A stretch of 64,000 nt of DNA from Chloroflexota bacterium (GCA_023475225.1 JAMCVK010000008.1:13018-77017), one strand, 5' to 3'; shown: positions 8,243-18,594, counted from the stretch's first letter. A program made the numbers and translations. Notes: generated by a model from the sequence alone, not told the origin.

Positions 8243-8367
8243 GGTACCAGATGGCAGCGGGGCGTGGCTGTGTAACAATCAAGAGTTGAACTTGGGAACT
8301 TCCGGCTGACAGGAAGTCAGCCGACGGGTAGTATCGCGCTAAGGGTGTTTGTCCTGCGGAGAAGGCC

Positions 8368-11300
8368 ATGGGCAGGCTTAGGGCCAGAGGCAGGGGGTGG
8401 CTTTCCGTAGGGATAATCCTGTCCATTTTGCTCTCCAGCGGCCTCTTGCCCTATACGGTCACCCCCGCGTCTGAGCCCCTCAGGGCACTCGAGTCAAGCC
8501 TAGCTAGCACCCCTTGGCCCATGTTCCGCCACGACCTCCAACACACCGGTCGCAGCCCCTATATCGGCTCCCCGGTGCCAATCTTGAAATGGGTGAACGT
8601 GGCCGGTTACTACAATGCCCTCCCTCCCTTCAGCTCCTCGCCCACCCTCGGCCCCGATGGCACTATCTATGTGGGGGTAACCACCCCTGCCCAACTGGTG
8701 GCGGTGAGGCCTGACGGGGGCACCAAGTGGGCCTTCGATATCAGCGCAGGCGTATACGCTGACGTCAGATCATCGGCCGCGGTGGCCGCAGACGGCACCA
8801 TCTATATCGGCGCTCAGATTGACCGAGCAAGCGGGATGCTCTACGCCATCAACCCGGATGGCACCTACAAATGGGGCTTTTGGGTGCCCGCATGGGTCCG
8901 CTCCTCTCCGTCCATCAGTGCCGATGGGTCCGTCTATTTTGGCGCTGGAGATGGCAAACTGTACGCCCTTAACCCCAGTGGCACGCTACGTTGGGAATTC
9001 GCTGCTGGCGGCGCCATATCGTCCTCCCCGGCAGTCGGCAGCGACGGCACCATCTACTTCGGGGATGCCCGCGGCGTCCTCTACGCCCTGAGCCCTGACG
9101 GTAGCCAGAGGTGGAGCTACCCCATCGGCGCCAGTATCACCGGCTCTCCCGCCATCGGTTCCGATGGCACCATCTACATCGGCGCAAATGACAACTATCT
9201 CTACGCCATAAAAAGCGATGGCACCCTTAGATGGCGCTTCGTCACCGTTTCCAGCATCTACTCCTCCCCGGCCCTGGCCAGCGATGGCACCATCTACATC
9301 CCCTCCTCTACCTTCTTATATGCACTTATATGCAGTCTACCCCGACGGCACGCAGCGCTGGAGGGCAAGTATCGGATACGGGGTGCGCTACAGCCAGCCA
9401 ACGGTGGGGGCCGATGGCACCATCTATCTCGGCAGCGAGGGCAACGGCCTTTACGCCCTCAATCCTGACGGCTCCCTCAAGTGGAACTATGTGCCTCCCA
9501 GCCCATACAGCCGCTACTTCAGCTATAGCTCAGTGACCATCGGCTCGGATGGCACCCTCTACGCCCCAACCTACCACGCTCTCTTCGCCCTGAAAGGTGA
9601 GTTTTACGTCTCTCGGGTGAGCCCAACCAATGGGGCTACCCGGGTGGGCACCAATACCACCATCTCCATCGTCTTCAGCGACGCCCTGGATCAAAGCAGC
9701 CTGACGGCCAGCAATGTGCAGCTCCTCTACTCCGGTGGCGCTGTGGCCACCAGCCTGGGCTATGACAGCGCCACCAAGACGGTTACCATCACCCCCACCC
9801 AGTCACTCCAGCTCCTTACCGCTTACACTGTGAGGCTCAGCACCGCTCTAAAGAGCACCCAGGGCGTCCCCCTCCTCTCGGAGTATGCCTTCTCCTTCCT
9901 CACCGCGGGCGCCAACGAATATCTCTGGCAGGAGTTTACCTGGCATGGCATGCCGTACCGGCTCCATACCGTCTGGAGCGCCCCCCTCAGCAGCACCAAC
10001 CAGGCGAGACTTCGCCAGACCTATCTGAGGCCCGCCAGTGCGCCCACAGAATTCGGGGCCAGCCTGACCCGACTCTATGCCCTGGGAGGGGGTGACTACC
10101 TGGTCACCGATGCTGAGTTGAACCAGGAGCGCCTCGTCTCGGCCCAGAGGCTGGGCTTCTACCGCTACATATCCAGCACCTATGCTACCTACCCTTCCTG
10201 GATTCAGGATGGTGATCTAGAATGGTCGCAGAGGTCGCGGGATAATTGGCTCGGCAACGGCCTGGCCTGGATCGCCGAGCAGACAGGCAACCCTCCTGCT
10301 GAGCCCCCGGAGACCCGGGACGTCTACAAGGCCATCATCGCCACTGCCATGGCTTCCAACGCACCCCCCGATGGCTGGCTCAGGGAATATGAGGATGCTA
10401 CTGAGCGCATGAACCTGGTGGTGGGCGCCGGAGGGACTGTGGAGAGCCTGCGCAGCGCTCTGGCCGATGAGGGCTACATCCGCCAGCTCTCCTCTCGGGC
10501 GGCCAAGGTCAACTCCGGGTTGCTCAAAGCTCTCAACCTGGCCATGGCCGGGCGGAGCGTCACCGCCGAGGCTATGCGCATCACCTTCACTGCCCACTGG
10601 CAGGCCAGCGTGGTGGCCGAACACAGGGATTACCTCATCTCCATCGCCCAGGACGATACCGGAAATGCTGAGCTGAATCGGGCCATCTGGGACCTGGTCA
10701 ACTTCGATGAAGACGCTCTCCAGCAGCGCCTGGCCGAGACCTTCGCCCGGTCCATCAATGAAGAGATCCTGAACGTGCTGCGCGATCTGCTCAAGGATAC
10801 AGCGGGCAGGGTCAACCCGCTGCTGGGGGCGGTGCTCACCGGGCTGGACATCGGCTTCTTCATCGCCTCCTTCACCGGGTGGGACCACTTGCGGGCCGAT
10901 AGCTACCAGGCGGCTGACCAGGGAAGGGTGGAAAGGGCCTTCCTGCGCTCCTGGAAGTGGGCGGTGGCCTCGCTCCTCTCCAGCCCCACCCCCGACCTCA
11001 AGGCGCTGAGCCTCCCCTCGCTCGTCTACCGTCTGCGGGCCACATCCGCCGCCGAGTTCTACACCATCTGCGTGGAGATGCTCAACATCATCGAGCAGAA
11101 CCCCTCCCCTGACTGGCTGATGAACCAGTTTGGCTACCACAGTGCCAAGGAGAACAAGCCAACCTGGGCGGCTATGGCCAACGAGTACCGGGACAGGGCC
11201 GGGGATGCTATCCCTGAGTCGGTAGCTGCCACCCTGGCCATCACCGACCTGGTATCGCTGCTCCTGCCCACCGCGGTGCTCACCGCCACCACGCTCCAGG

Positions 11301-12259
11301 TGAGCGCCTACTCGCCAGTGGACCTGCTGGTGACCGACCCTCAGGGCCGCCAGGTGGGCTACAATGTCTCCCTCGGCCAGGAGGTGAATCAGGTGCCAGA
11401 GGCCACCTACTCCGGGCGCACCGCTCATCCAGAGGTGGTGAGGATGCCTCACCCTGGCCAGGGATCCGTGAGGGTGGAGGCCACCGGCACCAGCACCGGG
11501 GCCTATACCATTACTGTCCAGTCCCTGGCCTCGGCGGGTGAGCACCTCTCTGGCACCTCCTGGTCAGGGCAGGCCACCAGAGGCCAGACCTATCGCTACC
11601 TCTTCGATTCCTACTCCGGAGGGCAAGTAGTGCCTCGCACGGTTAGGCCTCCCATCACCAGCGCCTCGCTCAGCGGTAGCCTAGGTAGTAGCGGTTGGTA
11701 CACCTCCAATGTGGCCATTTCCCTAACCCCCATCGCCAATGTCTACCCCGTCTCTAGCACCGAGTATAGCCTGGACGGAGGTACCACCTGGATCACCTAC
11801 ACCCAGGCTTCGCCCTCGGTTTCCCCCCTGAACGTGACCGCTGAGGGGGTGACCGTGATCAAGGCCAGGTCTAAGGATAGCGTGGGAAACGTGGAGGAGC
11901 CAGGGCTAAGCATTGTGGTACGCATCGATAAGATGCCGCCTGTCACCTCGGCCCTGCGCAGTGGCACACAACGCCCCAATGGCTCCTATACCCTACCCTA
12001 TATCATAACCCTACAGGCCGCCGACAACCTGTCCGGCGTGGCCCCGGGGAGGGGAACGCGTTACAGCCTGGACAACGGTGCCACCTGGCGCACCTACTTC
12101 CTTCCCTTTTCAGTCAACACCGACCAGCCCGTTCTCTTCAGGTCTACCGATGAGGCCGGGAACCTGGAGGGGATCAAGAGCGTCAGCTCCACTCAGAGTA
12201 GCTGGGGTTATAAAACGTACCTGCCCATCATAATAAAGGACTTCTCCGAGGGCTGGTGA
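8368..12259 (+). pseudogene. Large secreted PQQ-like (BamB-type) beta-propeller / Ig-like-domain surface protein, frameshifted
   Basis: ORFs 8368-9468 and 9218-12259 both carry repeated DGTIY.G....LYA..PDG...W units. Deleting one copy of a 10-bp duplication at 9315-9334 fuses them in frame (319 + 974 aa). The N-terminus is signal-like. The C-terminal part has an SbsA-Ig-like segment and Big/OmpL47-like segments (YSLDGGTTW, YSLDNGATW). Confidence 0.8.
9315..9334 (+). repeat. Perfect 10-bp tandem duplication (cttatatgca x2) causing the frameshift
   Basis: Read directly: 9315-9324 and 9325-9334 are identical. Confidence 0.95.
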
Positions 12260-12532
12260 CCTCTCCTTCTGCATCCCTCGTCGATTTCGATTGTTGCAAT
12301 CTGTTTTACAGTCGCGTATCATATTGACGGCAAATCCGAAACTTAAGAATCCCTTTCGCCAATGTACTACACATTGCTATCGCCATGGTCGAGGACTGAA
12401 CTGTAATCCCATTTCAACGATATTCTCAGTCTGGGACCCGGTAACGATGGCTGGGAAGTTCAAAGAATGGTGCCCGGGAAAGAACCCATCTACCAGCCTC
12501 AGAGGCTGATCAAATCAAGGAGGAATTTCACC

Positions 12533-13024
12533 GTGAAGACTACCACTTACAACGCACTGAACGAAACCCAAAAACGATTGTTGGACGCGGCAGAGAAGGC
12601 TACGGAAAATGCTTATAACCCCTATTCTCATTTCTCTGTGGGCGCCGCATTGCTAACTCAGGACGATCAGATCATCGCTGCCGCAAATGTTGAAAACACG
12701 GGCATGGCTAGCATCTGCGCTGAGAGGGCGGCCATCTGCCGGGCCAACGCGATGGGACATAGGATGTTTAAGGCAGTGGCTATCATCGCCAGGGGAAGCA
12801 AATTTGGTTCGCCGGTTGATTTGGCTACGCAAGAAGTTACCTCGCCCTGCGGAAGCTGTAGGCAGATGTTGTACGAATTTGCCCAGGTCTCTGGGCGTGA
12901 TCTGGAGACGATTCTCTCTACAACTAAGAAGGATAAGATCGTCCTCACTTCCATAAATGAGTTATTGCCCCTGGCCTTTGGTCCGAAAGACTTGGGGATC
13001 GACGTCACAGAATATCAAAAATAA
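12533..13024 (+). CDS. cdd: Cytidine deaminase
   Basis: Zinc motifs CAER and PCGSCRQ. The preferred start is GTG 12533, preceded by AGGAGG at 12519-12524. The track ORF start at 12467 lacks an RBS. Confidence 0.85.
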   Translation: MKTTTYNALNETQKRLLDAAEKATENAYNPYSHFSVGAALLTQDDQIIAAANVENTGMASICAERAAICRANAMGHRMFKAVAIIARGSKFGSPVDLATQEVTSPCGSCRQMLYEFAQVSGRDLETILSTTKKDKIVLTSINELLPLAFGPKDLGIDVTEYQK

Positions 13025-13037
13025 AGAAGATGTCTGG

Positions 13038-14105
13038 TCAAGCAAACTGGGTGGGCGTGAGTCCGATGCCACGCACCTTAATCTGATGACCGAGGCGCTC
13101 TACCTCGGCCCCGAATTGCTCGATCAACCAAAGGCTAGTGCTGACATGGTCCGTTATTCTGGGTACTAGATATTCACTGACCCCATCAGCCAGGGCAGCG
13201 TAGATCAGGAGCTGGTCGGCCGAGTACCTATCAACCGTGGCCCCGCTAGCGATGTCCTCAAGAAGGCTTTCAGCCACGTACCTGCCGATCTCCTCCGAGC
13301 TTCTACCTCGCTTTCCGGCCCTATCGGACCCAATGAGGCAGCCGCTATCAGTCTCGGCCCAAACAGCCAGGCTGGCTCCTTCCTGAAGCGAAGTCTCGTC
13401 CCAAACCCCCTCTATCTCCACCTTATAGCCCCTTGCTCTCAGGACCTTCTGGCATTCCTGGGCCATTCGTTCGCTGACCTTTCTTTCTCGGAGGTGAGAG
13501 GAGAGGGCGATTCCCCTGATGCACTTCACCTGACCCTGTTCAGGTAAGATCAACGGCTTTAGGGCCGTTTCCAATGGTTTAGCTGTTATCTCGATGATCC
13601 CTGCCCCTCTGGGGACGTAGCCGGGTCGAACAATCTTCAAATCGGCACAAATGCCCATCTTTCTGAGGGTGGGGAACAGCACATGCTGCATATGATGGGC
13701 GGAAGGGGCAAAATCCTGGAAGAGTCCACCGGAAATACGGCAGGTCGTTTCTTTGTCAGCAAAGCAAGCCAGGAGTAAGATGGTCATGGCCAGCATCGAC
13801 GTTGAACCGGCCGTGCCTATATCCCATTCATAGTAACCTCCCCGAATCTCGCCTCCGGGCTCGTAAGTTAGCTCAGGCGAGCCAAGGCTTACCCCTGCAA
13901 CTCTGGCAGTGCTCATTCTGGAGCACGCCTCTACCACCTTTAGATGCTGGTGTTGTAGCCCCGGCTTGGGCCTGGCGGCTCTTATATTCGTCAGGTGGAG
14001 CCTGGTGCCGACCAGCGAACACAGGGCGATGGCGTAGCGCACGATGGTGCCGCTTCCTGAGCCTGTGGAGCCGTTGATATCCATTATTGTGGTCGTCGCC
14101 CTCAC
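13038..14105 (-). CDS. rtcA: RNA 3'-terminal phosphate cyclase
   Basis: INGSTGSGSGTIVRYAIAL...IRAARPKPGLQHQHL parallels E. coli RtcA (DGAQGEGGGQILR...IRAGRAKPGLLRQHL) as recalled. It has a GTG start at 14105, or alternatively ATG at 14084. Confidence 0.85.
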   Translation of the reverse strand: MRATTTIMDINGSTGSGSGTIVRYAIALCSLVGTRLHLTNIRAARPKPGLQHQHLKVVEACSRMSTARVAGVSLGSPELTYEPGGEIRGGYYEWDIGTAGSTSMLAMTILLLACFADKETTCRISGGLFQDFAPSAHHMQHVLFPTLRKMGICADLKIVRPGYVPRGAGIIEITAKPLETALKPLILPEQGQVKCIRGIALSSHLRERKVSERMAQECQKVLRARGYKVEIEGVWDETSLQEGASLAVWAETDSGCLIGSDRAGKRGRSSEEIGRYVAESLLEDIASGATVDRYSADQLLIYAALADGVSEYLVPRITDHVSTSLWLIEQFGAEVERLGHQIKVRGIGLTPTQFA

Positions 14106-14341
14106 CCCCTTAATCCCCCTCTCCCCAAAGCGGGAGAGGGGGGAAATTGGGTTCTAGGGCGGAGGGTGCTCCCTCCTTGACCTCCCCGAGGAGAAGTAAA
14201 ACTAGGGCAAAGCCCCGGAACCCTGTAGGGGGCGTGCTTGCCACGCCCCTATATACCCCTTGACCTCCCCACGAGAGAAGGGGTTCAAATTGTATCCAGC
14301 CGCAATCCTGTGAGGTGGTGTCGAAACACGCCCCTATCCTT
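14106..14341. repeat. Intergenic cluster of REP-like GC-rich hairpins and direct repeats
   Basis: Hairpins: ccccctctccc/gggagaggggg 14115-14142, ggaggg/ccctcc 14161-14176, aggggcgtg/cacgcccct ~14227-14250. Direct repeats: ccttgacctcccc..gag.agaag at ~14175 and ~14258, and cacgcccctat at 14242 and 14327. Confidence 0.7.
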
Positions 14342-15466
14342 CTATTTAGCAGCCCAGTCAAAGTACCTGATTATGCCCTCAAGGTAGCCCTCAGCCACCG
14401 CCTGAAGGATGCGCTCTTGCTTTAGCAGTGAGGCCTCATAGTCGTTACTGACGAAGAGCGGTTCACCGATGACCCCAGGCATCTGGCTCGGTCGTTCGAA
14501 CCCAGGGTTGGCACCCAACATAAAGGCGTGCTTGTAACCGAAACGCCTACCGATTATGGTATCTTGTCTGATCCCCCGGTCGATGACCTGAACGCCAGCG
14601 CGCTTTAGGCTGCCTACCATCGCCCCTTGAATCAATTCAGCCAGCTTTTTGTTCTTATCCCCAAAGGGGCGGTCTTTGCAATAGTACGTCTCCGTGCCTC
14701 TCAAAGTGGGGTCATCGTGTCCATTGAAATGGATGGAGATGATTAAATCCGCTCCAGCGTTGTTGGCCACGTCCACCCGGGCCTGAATCTCCCGCTTTAT
14801 CATTTCCACTAGGTTATCACCCGTAAAACCGGTAAGGGTATAATCTCCCTCCCTGGTGAGGACTACGGCAAATCCCTTGGCGCGCAAAAGGCTGGCCAGA
14901 TGTTGGGCGACCCTGAGGTTCAGGTCCTTCTCTACCAGATCCGCCTTGCCCGTGCTATCCCGGTGCACGGCCCCTGGATAGCGAGGGCTGCCGTGACCAG
15001 GGTCGAGGCAGATCAATCGTTGTCCACTCACCCTTCTAGTGGGAGGGAAGGGGCTTGGGGATAGAGGCGTAGGGGATGGGGAGCCTATATCTGTTGATGC
15101 CTTGGCTGGTGGTGGCGCAGCGAAGGGTGTATTCGTTGGTTTGGTTGGAGCGACGGTGTTCGCTGGGGATGGAACAGAGATGTTCGTTGGAGTTTCTTTT
15201 GGTGCGCTGGAGATAGCGGTCAAGGTAGGTGTCGGGAAGGCCGAGGTGCCCACAGCACCAGTCGGCGGGGGTATAGCAATAGTCGGCGTTGGGACTGTTA
15301 CGTGGACAGGTGAGACGATGGGGGCGTTTTTCTCGTTGGTCGCTTCAGGTGTGTTGTTGGGCGGCTGTGGACCACAGCCGCCCAACAACAATAGCCAAAT
15401 AAGTATGATCCGGGTGAGCAGCACATTACAGGCAGCCCCCTGGCCCTTCCTAATGTTCAACTTCAT
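14342..15466 (-). CDS. N-acetylmuramoyl-L-alanine amidase (Amidase_3 family) with Pro/Thr-rich linker
   Basis: ICLDPGHG ... DLIISIHFNG ... motifs. The N-terminus is lipoprotein-like (LLLLGGCGPQ). ATG at 15466 is preferred over TTG at 15487. Confidence 0.85.
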   Translation of the reverse strand: MKLNIRKGQGAACNVLLTRIILIWLLLLGGCGPQPPNNTPEATNEKNAPIVSPVHVTVPTPTIAIPPPTGAVGTSAFPTPTLTAISSAPKETPTNISVPSPANTVAPTKPTNTPFAAPPPAKASTDIGSPSPTPLSPSPFPPTRRVSGQRLICLDPGHGSPRYPGAVHRDSTGKADLVEKDLNLRVAQHLASLLRAKGFAVVLTREGDYTLTGFTGDNLVEMIKREIQARVDVANNAGADLIISIHFNGHDDPTLRGTETYYCKDRPFGDKNKKLAELIQGAMVGSLKRAGVQVIDRGIRQDTIIGRRFGYKHAFMLGANPGFERPSQMPGVIGEPLFVSNDYEASLLKQERILQAVAEGYLEGIIRYFDWAAK

Positions 15467-15481
15467 CTTATAGACATCTAC

Positions 15482-15548
15482 CCCCAAACCCCCACCTGCG
15501 GCGGGCAGGCCTGCAGGGGGTTCAAGGTCGCCCGGCGGAGGTTTGGGG
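15482..15548. repeat. Second REP-like element family (ccccaaacc ... ggtttgggg)
   Basis: A 9-bp long-range stem pairs 15482-15490 with 15540-15548. A related copy (cccccaaacc...gcagggggtttaagg) lies at 56633-56660. Confidence 0.5.
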
Positions 15549-15613
15549 CACCCTTACCAAGCTGCGCCCCCCTTGGAACTCCCGCTCTCCGCTACTCTCG
15601 GTGGATCTGACCA

Positions 15614-16636
15614 CTACTTAGGCAAGAACTGGTTAGTATAATAGGCATTCAGCTCTAGCCTCTTCTGCATCCCTCCGTATTTCTCTAACAAGTCCAGGGT
15701 CTGTTTCCAATCCTGCTCAGATTGCCAGCCAATCGGCTTCCCTTCGGTGGCTTTAGTACGAATCAACTGGAAAGTTGGGGCCAGTTGCTTCAATACTACC
15801 TCTTTTTTCTGCTGAGGAAAGCGCTTCTCCAAAATCTCGGCCGCCTCTGCCGGATGCTGTACCGCATACTCCCACCCTTTAATAGTGGCTTGCACAAAGC
15901 GGCGCGCCAGCTCTGGCTTCTCCTCAATCGTCTTGTTGTGGGCAATTATACCACTCCCCAACAGGTTAATACCATAATCCGCGAACATCATCGCGTTCAA
16001 TCTGATGCCCAAAGTATCCTCCAGGGCGGGAAGTTGGTTATTCGAATAGGCCGTGATAGCGTCAACCTTCTTTTGGAGAAATGCTTGGGACTTAGCTGCC
16101 GCTTCCAAAGAGACTTGATTGACCTTGTTGCTATCGATCCCGGTGGCTGCAACGAAGGCCGGGAAGATTTGGCTCACGGCATCACCAGGCGTCTGGGCAA
16201 GCGTTTTCCCTTCCAGGTCCTTAGGTTCCTTTATGCCCGCTGCGGGATAAGAGATTATGACCGCGGGACTTTTAGGCAGTGTACATGCTATCACCTTAAT
16301 AGGAACCCCAAGCCCTACGGACCTGGCCACTGTAGAGATGTCAGAGTAGCCAAAGGTGTCCGAAAGGTTACTGACAAGCTGAACCGTGCTCGCTGAGCCC
16401 TGCCCTTCGAGAATAGATACGGAAAGCCCATTAGCGTCATAATAGCCCTTTTCCAGGGCTACGAAGAAGGGGGCATATTCGCCCTTGATCTTCCAACCCA
16501 GACGGAAGGTAACCTCCTCCTTTTTCGCTGGCGCTCCTACCACAGTGCAGCCTGAGACAAAGAGCAACACCACCAGGGATAACACGCTTAGCCAAGCCGA
16601 CGATCTGAAATGCTTCGTCTTAATTATTGGCATCAT
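15614..16636 (-). CDS. ABC-type substrate-binding lipoprotein, NMT1/THI5-like (nitrate/sulfonate/bicarbonate family)
   Basis: 340 aa with a lipobox (LFVSGC). FRLGWKIKGEYAPFFVALEKGYY is typical of NMT1-like SBPs. No cognate permease or ATPase lies adjacent. Confidence 0.75.
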   Translation of the reverse strand: MMPIIKTKHFRSSAWLSVLSLVVLLFVSGCTVVGAPAKKEEVTFRLGWKIKGEYAPFFVALEKGYYDANGLSVSILEGQGSASTVQLVSNLSDTFGYSDISTVARSVGLGVPIKVIACTLPKSPAVIISYPAAGIKEPKDLEGKTLAQTPGDAVSQIFPAFVAATGIDSNKVNQVSLEAAAKSQAFLQKKVDAITAYSNNQLPALEDTLGIRLNAMMFADYGINLLGSGIIAHNKTIEEKPELARRFVQATIKGWEYAVQHPAEAAEILEKRFPQQKKEVVLKQLAPTFQLIRTKATEGKPIGWQSEQDWKQTLDLLEKYGGMQKRLELNAYYTNQFLPK

Positions 16637-16697
16637 CCACCGCTCCTTTTTCGCTTAAAATTGGTGTTCCAGTTCATGGCTACGACATCTCACAGGG

Positions 16698-17888
16698 CTA
16701 GTATCCTTGAGCCTTCGGTTGCGGACAGTGCAGCGGCTTATCCTTGCGATAGCCGAGGGCATACTCGGCCTGCATCAGGGTGTGAATCTGAGCTGTACCC
16801 TCGTAGATCACAGCTCCCTTGGCGTTCCGGAAATAACGCTCAACGGGATATTCGTTCGAATAGCCGTAGGCCCCGAAAATCTGCACCGCATCCTCCGCGG
16901 CTTGCATGGCTACATCACAGGCGTACCACTTGGCCAACGATGTTTCTCGTGTATTACGTATCCCCTTATTCTTTAGATAGCCAGCGCGGTAGACCAGTAA
17001 GCGCGCCGCTTCAGTGCCAGCTACCATATTGGCGATCATCTGCTGCACGAGCTGGAACTTACCGATGGGCTGTCCGAAGGCATAGCGCTCGTTGGCATAC
17101 TTCACACAGGCATCGATACAGGCCTGGGCCAGACCAACCGCCCCGGCAGCTACAGTGAAGCGTCCCTGATCGATGGCCGACATAGCGATAGTGAAACCCT
17201 CTCCCTCCTGTCCCAACAGATTCTCCTTGGGGACACGGCAATCCTGGAGGATGATTTCGCCTGTATCTCCGGCGCGCACGCCAAGCTTCCCATGAATGGG
17301 GGCATTGGAAACTCCAGGGAAACTGCGCTCCACGATGAAAGCGCAGATCCCCTTGTGCTTCTTTTGCCGATCAATGGTGGCAAAAATCAGGAAGTTATCG
17401 GCCACATCAGCCAGGGAGATCCACATCTTGGTTCCATTCAGGATATAATAGTCACCATCCCGCACAGCCGTCGTCTCAATATTGGCGGCATCCGATCCAC
17501 AGCCCGGCTCGGTGAGCCCAAAGGTGGCCAGCTTTTCGCCCCTGGCTTGGGGCAGAAGGTACTTCTGCTTCTGCTCCTCGTTCGCCCACTGGAGCAGGGT
17601 CAGGCTGTTCAGTCCGACGTGGACGCTGAGCACGACACGGAAGGCGGTTTCCACACGCTCGATTTCCTCGCAGGTGAGGGCCAGGCTGATATAGTCCAAG
17701 CCCCCACCGCCATATTTCTCCGGTATGGGTCCGCCCAGCAATCCCAACTCAGCCATCTTGTCTACGATGCTTCGGTCAAAGTAGCCCTTCTCGTCGTTCT
17801 CCTGGGCCTTTGGGGCGATCTCTTTCTGAGCAAAATCACGAACCATATCCCGTACCAGTTTTTGTTCCTCAGTCAGCTCGAAGTCCAT
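16698..17888 (-). CDS. Acyl-CoA dehydrogenase (short/branched-chain type)
   Basis: 396 aa. MDFELTEEQKLVRDMVRDFAQKEIAP ... YEGTAQIH are classic ACAD termini. Confidence 0.9.
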   Translation of the reverse strand: MDFELTEEQKLVRDMVRDFAQKEIAPKAQENDEKGYFDRSIVDKMAELGLLGGPIPEKYGGGGLDYISLALTCEEIERVETAFRVVLSVHVGLNSLTLLQWANEEQKQKYLLPQARGEKLATFGLTEPGCGSDAANIETTAVRDGDYYILNGTKMWISLADVADNFLIFATIDRQKKHKGICAFIVERSFPGVSNAPIHGKLGVRAGDTGEIILQDCRVPKENLLGQEGEGFTIAMSAIDQGRFTVAAGAVGLAQACIDACVKYANERYAFGQPIGKFQLVQQMIANMVAGTEAARLLVYRAGYLKNKGIRNTRETSLAKWYACDVAMQAAEDAVQIFGAYGYSNEYPVERYFRNAKGAVIYEGTAQIHTLMQAEYALGYRKDKPLHCPQPKAQGY

Positions 17889-18015
17889 TGATTACCCTCC
17901 ACATATATATGTATAGCAGGCCAACAGAAGGGTTTCGTCCCTCTACACTCCCCCATTCTGCGGGAGAGCAAGGATATGGCCTGGGGCAGGGCCCTCTTAA
18001 CGCCGCACATGTCCT

Positions 18016-18594
18016 CTATGCTTCAAAGTTGCTTAGCTCTCCCCGCACATCCTCCCCCACCTGGAAGCCCACGTGCAATGCCTGGATGTTGATCTCTTGC
18101 GCTGCGGAAGGCACTCTGGAGCGGATCGCCTTTTCCAATGCCTGGAGGGAAACAATCCACGTCAGACTGGCGATCACTCCCAATGCAACCATATTGGCCA
18201 CCATCGGTTGGCCAAGCCTATCCCTGGCCAGCGCGGTCAAGGGGAGAGCATACACCAGGCCATTTATCTCCGCTACGTTTCGGACATTAGTAGAATCAAC
18301 AATCAAAACGCCGCCCTCCTTCAAGTTTGAAACATAACGATTGCACTCCCGCTGGGTCAGGGCTAATAACACGTCAGGGCGGCTTACAGCGGGGTAGTCG
18401 ATCTCCTCATCGCTGATTATCACCTCGGCCCGGCTCGGCCCGCCGCGCGAGGAGACACCGTGCACCTCTGTCTGGATGACGTGCTTACCTTCATGAATGG
18501 CTGCTTCGGCCAGGATGAGCCCACTCATCGCTAACCCCTGTCCGCCGATGCCCACCAGCTGCACTTCATACCGGCTAGCCATCTGCCCTATCAT
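18016..18594 (-). CDS. 2-oxoacid:ferredoxin oxidoreductase, gamma subunit
   Basis: VQLVGIGGQGLAMSG motif. The start is ambiguous (ATG 18594 or 18582; the track TTG 18609 is unlikely). Confidence 0.85.
   Translation of the reverse strand: MIGQMASRYEVQLVGIGGQGLAMSGLILAEAAIHEGKHVIQTEVHGVSSRGGPSRAEVIISDEEIDYPAVSRPDVLLALTQRECNRYVSNLKEGGVLIVDSTNVRNVAEINGLVYALPLTALARDRLGQPMVANMVALGVIASLTWIVSLQALEKAIRSRVPSAAQEINIQALHVGFQVGEDVRGELSNFEA

Noticed and set aside
8178-8426. 82-aa minus-strand ORF in the divergent promoter region
   Set aside because: It spans the mapped promoter and leader of the propeller gene and overlaps its start. It has no motif or RBS.
10217-11545. 442-aa ORF on the minus strand antisense to the large surface-protein gene
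   Set aside because: It lies wholly inside a much better supported plus-strand gene. The translation is Gly/Arg/Pro/His-rich with no motifs, as is typical of antisense frames in GC-rich coding DNA. It has no RBS or operon context.
12467-12532. Upstream ATG start for cytidine deaminase
   Set aside because: It has no RBS. GTG at 12533 has a perfect AGGAGG 8 nt upstream and gives a protein of normal Cdd length and N-terminus.
14110-14361. 83-aa ORF (minus) between rtcA and the amidase gene
   Set aside because: It is simply the translation of REP-like palindromes (…GVASTPPTGFRG…PLPLWGEGD). It overlaps the amidase 3' end and has no start context.
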